The translations under genes and the position numbers were made by a program. From Podarcis vaucheri (taxonomy: Eukaryota), in assembly GCA_965113315.1 (NCBI GenBank), contig OZ220364.1: DNA of 64,000 bases; one strand, written 5' to 3'. Position 1 is the first letter of the stretch. The number at the start of each line of letters is the position of its first letter. The notes beneath the pieces are model-generated. The model had not been told where the DNA came from, ran no database searches, and was given only the letters and a program-made list of their open reading frames with translations. Below are positions 48,801 to 60,490 of this stretch, one piece after another.

Positions 48801-51800
48801 ACTGAAAGCAGGGCTGTGTTGCTGGAAATTAGCTTTGCTGTGAAACTCAGGATTCATTTGAAATGCCCTTTATTTTTATAAGGTCTCCCCCCCCCCCTTT
48901 TTGGCCCTAGGTTTATTTATTTGTTTTCAAGAGTTGAGTAGAGGAAGGATGGGAGGGGGGTAACGTACTCATTATCTGTAAAGCTGCCTGATGTGTCTGT
49001 TTTTATATAAAATGGAATCAAGTAGTTATATGAAGTACTGTAGCCTGTTTTTGTTAACCTTTCCAGTGCAGTTTCCTCTCTTGTCCGTATTGTGTTTGAT
49101 GGGGTGAGGGAGAAATTTGAATGAGCGTTGAACAAGCATCCATTATTGCTAATTATTCTGTGCAGGTTTTTGAGGTGGAGTTCCTTTCAGTGGTTTGGTA
49201 AGATGTTATATTACCTTTTCTAAAGGAAAAACTTAAGAACATCCAAACAACAATAGCTGATAGCATGTTCTAATTTTTAAGCTCTCTATCTTGCCCTTAA
49301 ATCTAAAACATCATTGTTCAAATAACTGAGAACAAGGTAAACCAACAACATCAAAAAGGTCGGTTTCTGTGATTTCTCAAGGGCTTGTTATTTTGTACTT
49401 TCCAATTCTATTTGATGTCTTGACAAAACAAGATGACACAGGGGAGAATACATTAAATTTTGATCCCCCCCCCCAATATAACCTGTATCAGTAGTGGCAG
49501 CTTAATTTTTCACACGTTTTTAGGAAAGGTAGCCTTTTTATTTTGCACAATTACTCTTAATTGTCACACCCCTTTATGTGAAGGATTTCTTCTAGGGTTT
49601 TCCCGTTTGCTTTCATTTTGCGAGGCATCTTTTTTAAAAAAAGTGTTTTGACCTTTAACATGCAGAGAGCTTGCTGGTTGGAACGTGTCTTCATTAGAAG
49701 TAAAGCAGCGAATAGCAAGATTGTAAAAGGAGCATCTGATGTTTTCTCATTACAGATCAGCACAGCCAGTGTAAATTAGATTCTGATGCACAAATGAGGG
49801 CACCTGTGATAGGTGTGAAATACAGCACACTTAAGCAAATAAACTTTTACAAGTATTGTAAAGGCTGCAGTTCTGAATAAAGTGACACCCTCTAGATGAG
49901 TGTTTAGCAGAACAAGAATCTGAATATATCTTGTCATAATCTGACTGCTTTCTTTGTGTCTGATTAAGAGTAAACTGGTTCAGTAAGTTTGCCATATTTT
50001 AATTGCTTATTAATATTACATTAGTCGGTACACATTGCACGTATACCCCCTTCCCCCAACCCATCCACTCCCCAAACCCAGAAGAAAAGACAGAACCACA
50101 TTTTTAACTCTTAAAAGAAAAGCAGCAGAAAGCAAAGCCACAGGCTAGTGCTGCAAATGATTCTGGTGGTGCTGATTTTGCACTTTCCAATACCTGCTGC
50201 AGAAAAAAATAACATGTGCTTAAATTTCTCCGTAACGACGTTCTCAGCCTTGTATTATTAAAATCTCACAATGTACAAATGTTTTAGAAAATAACAGGCA
50301 AGGTGTTGTATCTTCTTGACTGCATGTAGATAGGCTTAAGAATTTATAAATCAGTATTGATCTCATCGGGGTTTTTCTTTAAAAGCTAAACTGAAAAGAA
50401 ACGGAGCAATTTGTGCATTTGCGTGCGCACACACATACACACACAATTAGTTTTAGTAATGTGTAGTATGTCCTTATTAAGCAGGTTAGGTTTGAGAAAT
50501 AGCAAATGTTTAATGGTCCTTTTCCTTCCGTTACTCCTTCTCCCCCCCCCACCTGCCTAAACTAAGGGTAGCTTTGCTTGATAGATTCCACTGTAGCACT
50601 CCTGTTAAAGTAGAAGATACTTAATTTATGCAAACTTTATATTTGTATGCAAATTAAATGGGTATGTATTATAGCTTCAGCAATTAGTAGGGGGCTTGGT
50701 ATGCATGAGAAGTGGCAGGTAGGATCAGGTTGCACCAAGGTTTCACATTTTAAACAAATACTAAATCTTCATGTTTCTTTCTTCCTTTCTGTCTGTCTTG
50801 CAGTTGGTAAAGAAGGGTTAACGTGGTGGGAAGCCCGAAATTATTTACCAAGTCAGGCGAATCTATTCTGCTCAATTGTGTATGTCTGGTCAAACTCCTA
50901 CTCTTGGTGAAATGCAATAAACAAAATGATAAAAAATAAAATGCTAATTGAATTGTAAAGAGCTTCTTTCTCTCTCTCCTCTTTTCTCTCCCCTTTTTAA
51001 TAGGAGGTTGTATTGTTGAGGAGAGAACAGTTATGCTAATGACTGACTACTTAGCTGGTTTTACATTAATATAATGAACAGTACCTGTCGTAATGTTCTG
51101 TACAGTGTTATGGGCGAAAACAGGGAAGTCTTAAAAGTGAAATTCTCTTTTGCATAGTGAAACAGAATCATGGTTTCCACACGAATGGTTCCAGCACTCT
51201 CAAGTTTCTTTTTTCTTTTTAATGGTTTTTGTTTCGAAGACCTGAAATATTGTGTCAGAAATGTTCTATCCTGGGTGAGATGCGGGTAATGTGATTTAGT
51301 GAAAACCTACACAGTACTGCAACAAAATGTTTTGAGCATCATTCTGAATGCTTCTTTCACACTAATTATAATAATTACAAACCTGCATATGTATTAGTAG
51401 AGGGTAACCTTAATTCTGTAAACACTGCCCTTGCAAAGTTGGTACAGTTGAATTTTTCTTTTATTGGTTACACATAGTTGCTTATTTTACATACATTTCA
51501 TGAAAATCAATTCTCATTCAGTCAAGAAATCAAGATGCCATTTGAAACACATTTCTTTATTTTTGCAAGATTAATTGTGCATTGTTATAGGATTTTAGGA
51601 TAAATCATGAAACTTGAAAAAATATTTTCTTTTTAAAGTCAGGGAGTGATGACAATTTGTTCTTTAAATTGAAGAAAAATAAAATGGTAATTGATGTGTT
51701 TATGTTTATGGAAATTTGAACTGGCAAAAAACCCTTTATTTAGCATTCAGTCTAATTGAAGAGGTGAAATTTTAGATGATGGTTCATTTACATTTGTCAG

Positions 51801-53934
51801 TGGGAAAGTGCCACATCACTAGAAGTCTTACAATTGTTATCCTGAAGATGAACTCGGGCTAAATTTAAGGCTACAGCAATGGAATATTTTCCGGGGGGAA
51901 GTGAAGTGGGCAAATGTAGTGGATGGAAATCTCAAGAAACATGCAGGCATGGATTGGGAAAATAAACCTGGATCCAACTGGTTTATTTAAAGGCATATTT
52001 GCTGTTGATGGTATTAGAATGTCAGCAGGTCTATACTAGTAGAATTATAATAGCTGAGCAGCAGCTGTATTTTTCATTCACTGCCAGCTCTAAATGCAGC
52101 TGGGTACCTAACCACACCCTGTGAGTATCTGTCAACAGGGTTGCATGTAGTTTGCTAAATAAACCAAAGTCATTAAATAGGGCAATGAATTGAGGGCAGT
52201 TTTCTAGGGCAGAACTAGCACACTAATGGTGCAAGATTTATTTGAAGTAAGTTCCATTGACACTTTCTCCCAAGTAAATGTGTACATGGTTGCAATCCGA
52301 ACATCCACTTGGCTGTGTCTTAGCTCCTATCCTATTTATATTTCCACCTCCCTGAAGAAGTAAGCTAAATCTATTGCACTCATTTGTTGTTTTTCTGTGA
52401 AAGTGCATTTTATGATTGATAAAAGGCATAAAACACACTCAGTTTAATGTACATCACCATTAGTTTATTCCGGAGTACTCATAGTAAAGAAATGTTTGAT
52501 CAGTAAATAATTTGTGGATTGGTGCCTTTCAGTGGTGTTTTCAAGTGATGAGATCTCATTCTTCCTTTCTTTTAAAGTGGGCCTTATTTAAACTAGGATG
52601 TTTTCTAAGCATTTGCCATTTGCAAAAGGTATCTTCAAATTTCAGCCACCCGGGACTGAAGTCCTGTCACGTTAACATCAAGAGCAGACAGAGGTTTCTT
52701 ATTTCACTCTGATGTAATGTGTGGTATACTGCATAGTCTCTAAAATAAGTACAGTTTTGACGGAATACACTCAAACAGGGACCAATAAATATTAGAGACT
52801 GTAGTTAAGAACTTACATGACTGTTTTAAATACTATTGATTTAAACCACTGGCTAGTTTTTATGAATCAAAGTGTAATTTTCAAGCTTTGACTATATTTC
52901 TCAGTGCTAGAGCACTCTCTCTTGTGTGCCTTTAGCAGCTTTCCAGACATTCAACACAGGATTAAATGATAGTAGTTACAATGATCAATAGGTTAAGACC
53001 GGTACAATCACTCTTGCTGCTAATGACCTCAGTAGTAATGGGTAATAAAGTGTGGGCTATAATAGCCTATCCCTGCTGCAGCAGCCCTTTAAAGCCTAGT
53101 ATTACTAGGGACTAGTTACATGAAGAAGTTGGACAGGACATTCGAAGTTGAGAAGCAGAATAGCTATCCATAAATCTCTGGCTGTTGCCCGCATACACCA
53201 CAATAGTTTCTGCTCCATTTGAATATGTTTATTTAAAACTTTACCTATGCTACTGTCTCGAGTTCTTGAAGCAAGATTTGGGTTGAAGCTTTCCCAGTTA
53301 ATTCTGTATAATCAATGTTGATCCATGTTTGGCATTCAGTAGACGAAATTGTTGAAGGTAAAAAATGTGGTTTTGGCTAAAAACAGCTATTGAAGAAAAA
53401 GGTTTCCTGGGAGAGAGTAGAGGAAGGTTAGAGTTAAGGACAGTGTAGTCTCCAGATTTTGAGGTACCCTTGGACCAAATACTCTCAACACCCTTCCTCC
53501 AAAAGTGGGACGCCTCCTTGTGACTATCAATATGGGCACCTCCTTCCTGTTCTCTTCCCTTGTCCTTCTGCACTGCTGCCCAAAAGGAGATGGAGACGAG
53601 AAAGGAGGAGGAGTGCCAATTTCTAGCTGCCTGAACCCAAACCCAAATAGCAGCCTGCCTCTCCCCATCCCTCCCCCAAACTTGGGCCAGTTCTTATGTT
53701 CATCTATCCACCTGATCATGGTGCCACCTGATGCGAACTGCTTCACTCTGCTGCATGGCAAGGCCCGCCCTATGGTGGATAAGGAGACCCAGGAGGCTCT
53801 GGGGGCTGTATGTGCAGCTCCCAACAGGTACCTGATGGTGTCCAGCCGCACTCCAGTTCATGGCAGGCATGAAATACAAATTGGGGCTTTCATTGTTCAC
53901 AGTTTAGTTTTTTAGCCCCCATGTTCCACCTGCT

Positions 53935-54072
53935 CTCAGTATAGCTTGATACTCTAAATCTCAGGGTTGTGGGTTCAAGCTCCATGTTGGGCAAAAGATT
54001 CCTGCATTATAGGGAATATTGGAAGATTCCTACATATTGGAAGGGACCCACAACTCTACAATTCTACGATTT
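53935..54072 (+). mobile_element. tRNA-derived SINE with CR1-like tail (Squam2-like), decayed
   Basis: actctaaatctcagggttgtgggttcaagctccatgttgggcaaaagattcctgcatt...caactctacaattctacgatt. Confidence 0.7.
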
Positions 54073-56459
54073 GATGAAGGCAGATCATGGCTTATAGGTA
54101 TTATCACAGTACAGCATTGTTTTACTGCCTTGGGGCAAAATTACATACGATTCTTCCACGCTGATACTGCATTTTTCATAGAACTGTAGAGTTGGAAGGG
54201 ATCCCAAGGGTAAACTAGTGTTTGCCTTTCAGGATTTGCTACTGGTGTTTACCCTTCCGTGAGAGGGCTGTGCCTGTGGGAGTCTGGAATTAACTTCCCA
54301 GGGAATTATGCTGTAACCAATATAAGTTCCAGCTATACTTCTGTAAGGCATTGCCACACGTGAACTCATGGGAAGGCACACTCTTGTATTAAGGCACTAG
54401 CCTGGTCGCCGTAGACGACAAGGGATTCCATGCAGGCGAGTGAGCAGGCTGGCAGAATAGAGCTCCTCTGTGCTCAGCATCGTAACCAAACCAGCTGCTA
54501 GAGGTGGGGGAAAATGCTCTTTGATGTGCATCATGGAATGCAGTGAGCTGTTGCAGGAGGATTAGAGCTCTTCCTCCCAGCCTTCCACAGGCTAGTAAAC
54601 ACTTCTGCAAGTTAGTAAATTTTGTAGGTTTATCTGCAAGCCGGCGTAGATAACAATTGAGAAGGCTGTAGAGCAGAAGGACCCAACCGTTGGTCTAGTA
54701 TTCACTAAGGCTTGCTTCACAGATAAATTCAAGTAACTCTTATTACGCTATGCTTGTTCAGATCTTTAAGCATATCAGTGCTACGAGGGAGCTGCTGTGT
54801 CTTGAACTGGGTTCTCAATTGCTTTGGGTTATCCTGACATGCAGCACAGTGCAAATTCAGAATGGTAATGCTGCTGTGGTGTGGATTTCCAGTGTTAACG
54901 TTAATAGAAGTGTCAAAAGGTGTGTAAGTTTCTTTTGGCTCTTACAAACAAGAACCGTCTCTGACACTTGTGTAAACCTACACAACAACATCGGAGGGTG
55001 TNNNNNNNNNNNNNNNNNNNNNNNNNNNNNNNNNNNNNNNNNNNNNNNNNNNNNNNNNNNNNNNNNNNNNNNNNNNNNNNNNNNNNNNNNNNNNNNNNNN
55101 NNNNNNNNNNNNNNNNNNNNNNNNNNNNNNNNNNNNNNNNNNNNNNNNNNNNNNNNNNNNNNNNNNNNNNNNNNNNNNNNNNNNNNNNNNNNNNNNNNNN
55201 NNNNNTCTTGCTTACTACTCCCCTGAAATATTTTTTTTAAATCCTTTTATCTCCGGATCAGCTATTGTCTACTGATTTTTTTAAAGCGTGGTGCATAAAA
55301 ATGTTCAAAACATGTTATTACCTTTTATTGTAATACATGAGATGACAGCAGATCCTTTTTAACAAACTATATCCTTTACCGCTTTTAGTTTTCTGCTGTC
55401 ATGTGTTTCAGCTGAAACTAAAGAAAAGTAAGGTGCTTAAATATTACTATTCAAAGTCATGTGAGTTCTGTATCTTCCCCCCATCTTTCTCTCTCTTGCT
55501 TGCTCGCTCTCTTTTTTTTCTGGTGAGATTTCTAGCGAAATAGTCTTGTTGCATTACCGGAANNNNNNNNNNNNNNNNNNNNNNNNNNNNNNNNNNNNNN
55601 NNNNNNNNNNNNNNNNNNNNNNNNNNNNNNNNNNNNNNNNNNNNNNNNNNNNNNNNNNNNNNNNNNNNNNNNNNNNNNNNNNNNNNNNNNNNNNNNNNNN
55701 NNNNNNNNNNNNNNNNNNNNNNNNNNNNNNNNNNNNNNNNNNNNNNNNNNNNNNNNNNNNNNNNNNNNNNNNNNNNNNNNNNNNNNNNNNNNNNNNNNNN
55801 NNNNNNNNNNNNNNNNNNNNNNNNNNNNNNNNNNNNNNNNNNNNNNNNNNNNNNNNNNNNNNNNNNNNNNNNNNNNNNNNNNNNNNNNNNNNNNGGTATC
55901 TCACATAATACGAAAGAATTGAAGCCATCTGTATGCTGGGTGAATATGGAATGGTAGAGACATCACTGTAGGAACTCCACTGCTAAAATTGCTTGGGAAC
56001 AAGGTGCGGCTTTCGATATTGCCGAGATGGCGTTCATTTGCTTCAAATCATTAAGTTCAGGCTCCCCAGTGGTTGCTTTTGAAGGGTCTTACTTATTAAT
56101 TAATGCAAAAATTTGTTAGAATTGATGGGTGCCTCTAGAAGGTACACAAATGAATAGTTCAGGTTTCTCGGAAATTATTCCATTGCAAAATAATGCATTG
56201 GGGGGGGCAGAGAAACATACCTAGAAGGTGTAATTAGTTAATGCTTTTTTATTATTATTTCTGTGAACTAAACAAGTCAGGATTAAATTATAACCAAGGT
56301 GTTGGGAAGTAAAAGATGGGTCACTTAAGTGAACCAGAGGAATGATCTTGAATGTTTGAAGTGGAAAGAGAAGTGTTTATTATCTTGAAAAACAACAACC
56401 ACAACCATGATGAACAACATATTGAGTTGCTTGTTTGTTTACACTTTCCTAATTCTTAG

Positions 56460-56654
<195 letters not shown>

Positions 56655-56769
56655 TAGCCTCTTTGAGCTGATTTTGAAGTCATGATTTTTTCCTACACAG
56701 CAGACAAACATCCTATGTGAATTGGGTAGACAGGCAGGCATAGACTACACACACACACACACACACACA

Positions 56770-57126
56770 CACGAAAGCTTATGCAAGAACAAAATTAGTT
56801 GGTCTCTAAGGTGCTACTGGACAATTTTTTAATACAGTGGTACCTCTAGTTGCAGACACAATCCGTTCCGGAGTTCCGTTCGCACCCCAAAACGTCCACA
56901 ACTAGAGTGGCGCTTCTGAGCAAGCACAGAGTGTGATAGAGTGCTTCTGCGCATGTGCAAAGCATGCAGAACGCTTCTGCACACACAGCGAAACCCAGAA
57001 GTAGTAGACACTTGTGGGTTTGCCGCATTCGCAAGCCGAAAAGATGCAACATGAACCTAACGCAACGCTAAGTATGACTATATATTTCGACTGCGTCAGA
57101 GCAACACAGCTACCTACCTGAATCTA
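56770..57126. mobile_element. Penelope-like terminal fragment within an (AC)n tract, split by a MITE
   Basis: cacgaaagcttatg...ttagttggtctctaaggtgctactggac [insert] tttcgactgcgtcagagcaacacagctacctacctgaatcta resembles squamate Penelope terminal repeats. Confidence 0.65.
56835..57080. mobile_element. Tigger-like MITE
   Basis: TA|cagtggtacctctagttgc...gcaacgctaagtatgacta|TA; internal gcgcatgtgca palindrome as in the 17987 copy. Confidence 0.78.
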
Positions 57127-57599
57127 CACACAGACACACACACAAACGTGTACTTATAAGGACAATACATCTGTTGTAGCCCCTATACCAGCATGCTACA
57201 TAATAGTTGCAGCTTTAGATGATGACTGAGCATATATCCCTCTCTTCACTGCATTCTCAAAAATACAGTACCAGGGACCAAAGATTCCAAAGCCTTTCAG
57301 AATGGGATGTAGATTTTTCACCAGATTTTTCCAAGTTTTCAAATATATTATAATGGTTGCTTTTCACCTACATCTACCAAAAAGAACCTGCGCCATAACT
57401 AGTTAGAATAAACAAGAAGTCAAAGTACTCCCCCCCCCCCCCCAGCTTACAGAGCATATAAGGAAACACACTGGAAAAACAACTAGCAGGTGGAGCATTT
57501 AGGGAGCCAGTTGTTAAGAGAATAGAATGCAGTTATGGGAGACCTGGGTTCAAAACTCCACTCTGCTGCAAAGCTTATTTGGTGTGTCAGCCTAACCGA

Positions 57600-57675
57600 C
57601 TCATAGAATCAGAGAATTGTGGAGCTGGAAGGGACCATGAGGGTCATCTAGTCCAACCCCCTGCAATGCAGGAAC
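57600..57675 (-). mobile_element. CR1/Squam2 3' tail
   Basis: tcatagaatcagagaattgtggagctggaagggaccatgagggtcatctagtccaaccccctgcaatgcagga. Confidence 0.8.
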
Positions 57676-58665
57676 TTTTAAGATTTAATAGATTATACCC
57701 TGGGATAATTTTTTTATAACCTCAGTGCAATTGCTGCCTGTCCGCTTTTACTATATTAGTGGTCATATCACTTGTGGTCATCTCTCCCGTTAGTGGGTTA
57801 CATCTAGCCGTGGCTCACGCATTGGCTTTCACGTATGTGGTGGTAAACAAAACAATTACGTCTAGGCACATCATTTAAGAAGGCAACAGTGAAGTGTGTA
57901 CAAACCCTTGCATGTCATGGAAACGTGTGTTAGACTTTTGATGTATGCCATGAATTAATATCGTTCTCTCTCTGTGGGTTAGTGGAAATGCAAAAATGAC
58001 TTTGAGGTTTACATATCTCAGTGAGCTATGCAGGGTTAATTCATTAATGGTGCAGCAATGCCAAAGTCCATTGCAAGTTGACCTTGTGCACTGTGCCTTA
58101 GTCATTCACTCGCTCTCTCTCTCTCTCTCACTCATTCATTGAATGGAACTTTCAAAAAAGCTATCTATCTGGGAGATTGGGCAAGGTGGGTGGAAGCAGG
58201 GAGCCTGTGCCTGTACCAAACAACGCTTAGTACAGTACAATGCAATGATGATTTAGAAAGCATGTATTGCTTCTAAATAAAGATTCACCAGGCTCTCCCA
58301 GCAAGGGCATTTTGGCTTTGTTGTTCCAACCAAAGGTCATTCCTTGCCTTATTTTAATTAGTTTGTGTAGAAAATGGTATGTTTTTCATCAGTTCATTTT
58401 GGAGATTACTTTTCAAACGATAATGCCAAGAATAGTCAGTGTGCACTGAATTTATTGTCGAGTTTCAAACTAAAGGTCAGACTGTTACAGATAAAAGGAT
58501 GCTATTTTTCAAATCGCAGTTTGTGTGTTACACCAAAAGGGGATCCTGAATTGGCTCTCCTACTTTGTTTTACTTAACAGTCTCTTTCTCTCCCCCTCCC
58601 TCTCTGTATCTCTCTCTCTCTCTCTCTCTCTCTCCCCCTCCCTCCCTCTCCCTTTTCCTTTGTAG

Positions 58666-58914
<249 letters not shown>

Positions 58915-60234
58915 AGAACCTGTATTCTCTTTGCTGCTGCTTCTTTAGTTTGGCCTTCCCATTTTCTTCCTATGGTATGTTATAACAGCACATTATAGCT
59001 GTAATTTTTTTCAGAAGAAGGAAACGTTTCTGGAAGTTACTACTTGAAAGATTGCACTAACAACTTGTGTTTCCAAAACGTAGCACACTGAAAATCTCTA
59101 GTGCTGTATTTGCTGGAGTCTTCGAGGTTGTGTACACATTTGCCCTGACCCAGCATCTCTGTAGATGAATGGAGAATTAATATGCATAAAGTGGTTCTGT
59201 GCTTATAATTCCCCAGTCCAGCAGCTAACACGGTGCACATGTAGACTGGTAAACAAAGCTGAAATCTTGCTATTCAGAAGAAGGAGCTGGAGGCTGGATT
59301 CAGTCTCCCCTTCGCTGCCAAACAGTTGATTGATGGATTCCAGCTTCTTTTACTACGCTACGTGTGTGCTGCCCTGATTACTGCATGCACACTTTGTTTG
59401 GATTGAGGCCATTGGTTGCAACCCAGATAGAACGGGGTATCCTGAGGGGATATGTCACACATGACATTTTTCTTTTCCTGAGCTGGGGACCAATCTTTGG
59501 GTAGCTTTGCGGATTTTTTAAGTTGGCTCGAAAAAGTTGTGCACAAGTTCATGGGCTTGCCCTCACTACACCTGACTAGAACTCTTGAATCTGGGCCCAG
59601 ATACAAAGATGGCATATCTGTCCCCACAGGGTCAGATGTCAGGACTCTGCTTTGGATATTGTAAACCAGCCCTGTATTTAAACACCAGCCTTGCAAGCCC
59701 AAAGTCACAAGGGATTTCATGCAGGCAAGTGTATAGAAATGCAACCCAACGCTACAGGAGGGGTGAAGCTCTTTGTATCTTTTCTGGCAGCTCCATTCAG
59801 GCTAGTATATCTATTTTTCAGGCTGGTAAATTTTGTGGACTTGCTTAGGAGGATTCTCTTAAACAAGCGGAGGAAGAGGAACTGCCACTCTTTCTATCCC
59901 CTTCCTTCCTTGTTCAGAATGTCCAAAGCAAATTTCAGGGTAGGGGAAAAAAAACATCTGGTGTGAAGCAGCCTTAAGACTCATTTAAATAATGGGAGAT
60001 GGAAGCACAAAGCACTGAAGCCCCATTCACTCACTAGGATTTAAGCACTTCTAACTAGTCTCTGATGTTGCATGCATTATCTTCTACCCCTTAACATAAC
60101 AGCTGTGCTTGGCTATAAAACTGTGATTGTCAAACCATGTTTCAGGGTATTTTGTGGCACTTCTGAAGTTCATCAGGTGCTCCGCAGTGAGAAGATGAGG
60201 AATGAAGGTCAAGCTTCTGAATGACAGCTTGTAC

Positions 60235-60490
60235 CTAGAATCATAGAGTGGGGAGGGACTCTGAGGATCATCTAGTCCAGGCTTCCTCAACCTCGGCCCT
60301 CCAGATGTTTTGAGACGACAATTCCCATCATCCCTAACTACTGGTCCTGGAAGTTGTAGGCCAAAAACATCTGGAGGGCCAAGGTTGAGGAAGCCTGATC
60401 TAGTCCGACCCCCTGCAATGCAGGAATAGGCAGCTGTCCCTTATGGGGATTGAACCTGCAACCTTGGCTTTATCAGCACCACACTCTAGC
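60235..60490 (-). mobile_element. tRNA-headed SINE with CR1-like tail (Squam2-like), interrupted by a MITE
   Basis: Tail tagaatcatagag..., body accccctgcaatgcaggaat, reverse B box gggattgaacctgcaacctt. Confidence 0.75.
60278..60397. mobile_element. Palindromic hAT MITE, 120 bp
   Basis: Perfect TSD atctagtc (60270-60277 and 60398-60405); TIR caggcttcctcaacct / aggttgaggaagcctg. Confidence 0.92.

Larger units (their letters stand above)
6165..56459 (+). other. FOXP1: FOXP1 GT-AG intron, ~50.3 kb (may contain alternative first exons)
   Basis: Bounded by canonical splice sites of two exons whose peptides are contiguous in FOXP1 (...QPSLQ|VPVSV...). Confidence 0.9.

Noticed and set aside
53387-53915. 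Overlapping 136-154 aa ORFs as a retrogene
   Set aside because: No recognisable domain, poly(A) tail or TSD; probably an unclassified repeat. A BLAST search is needed.
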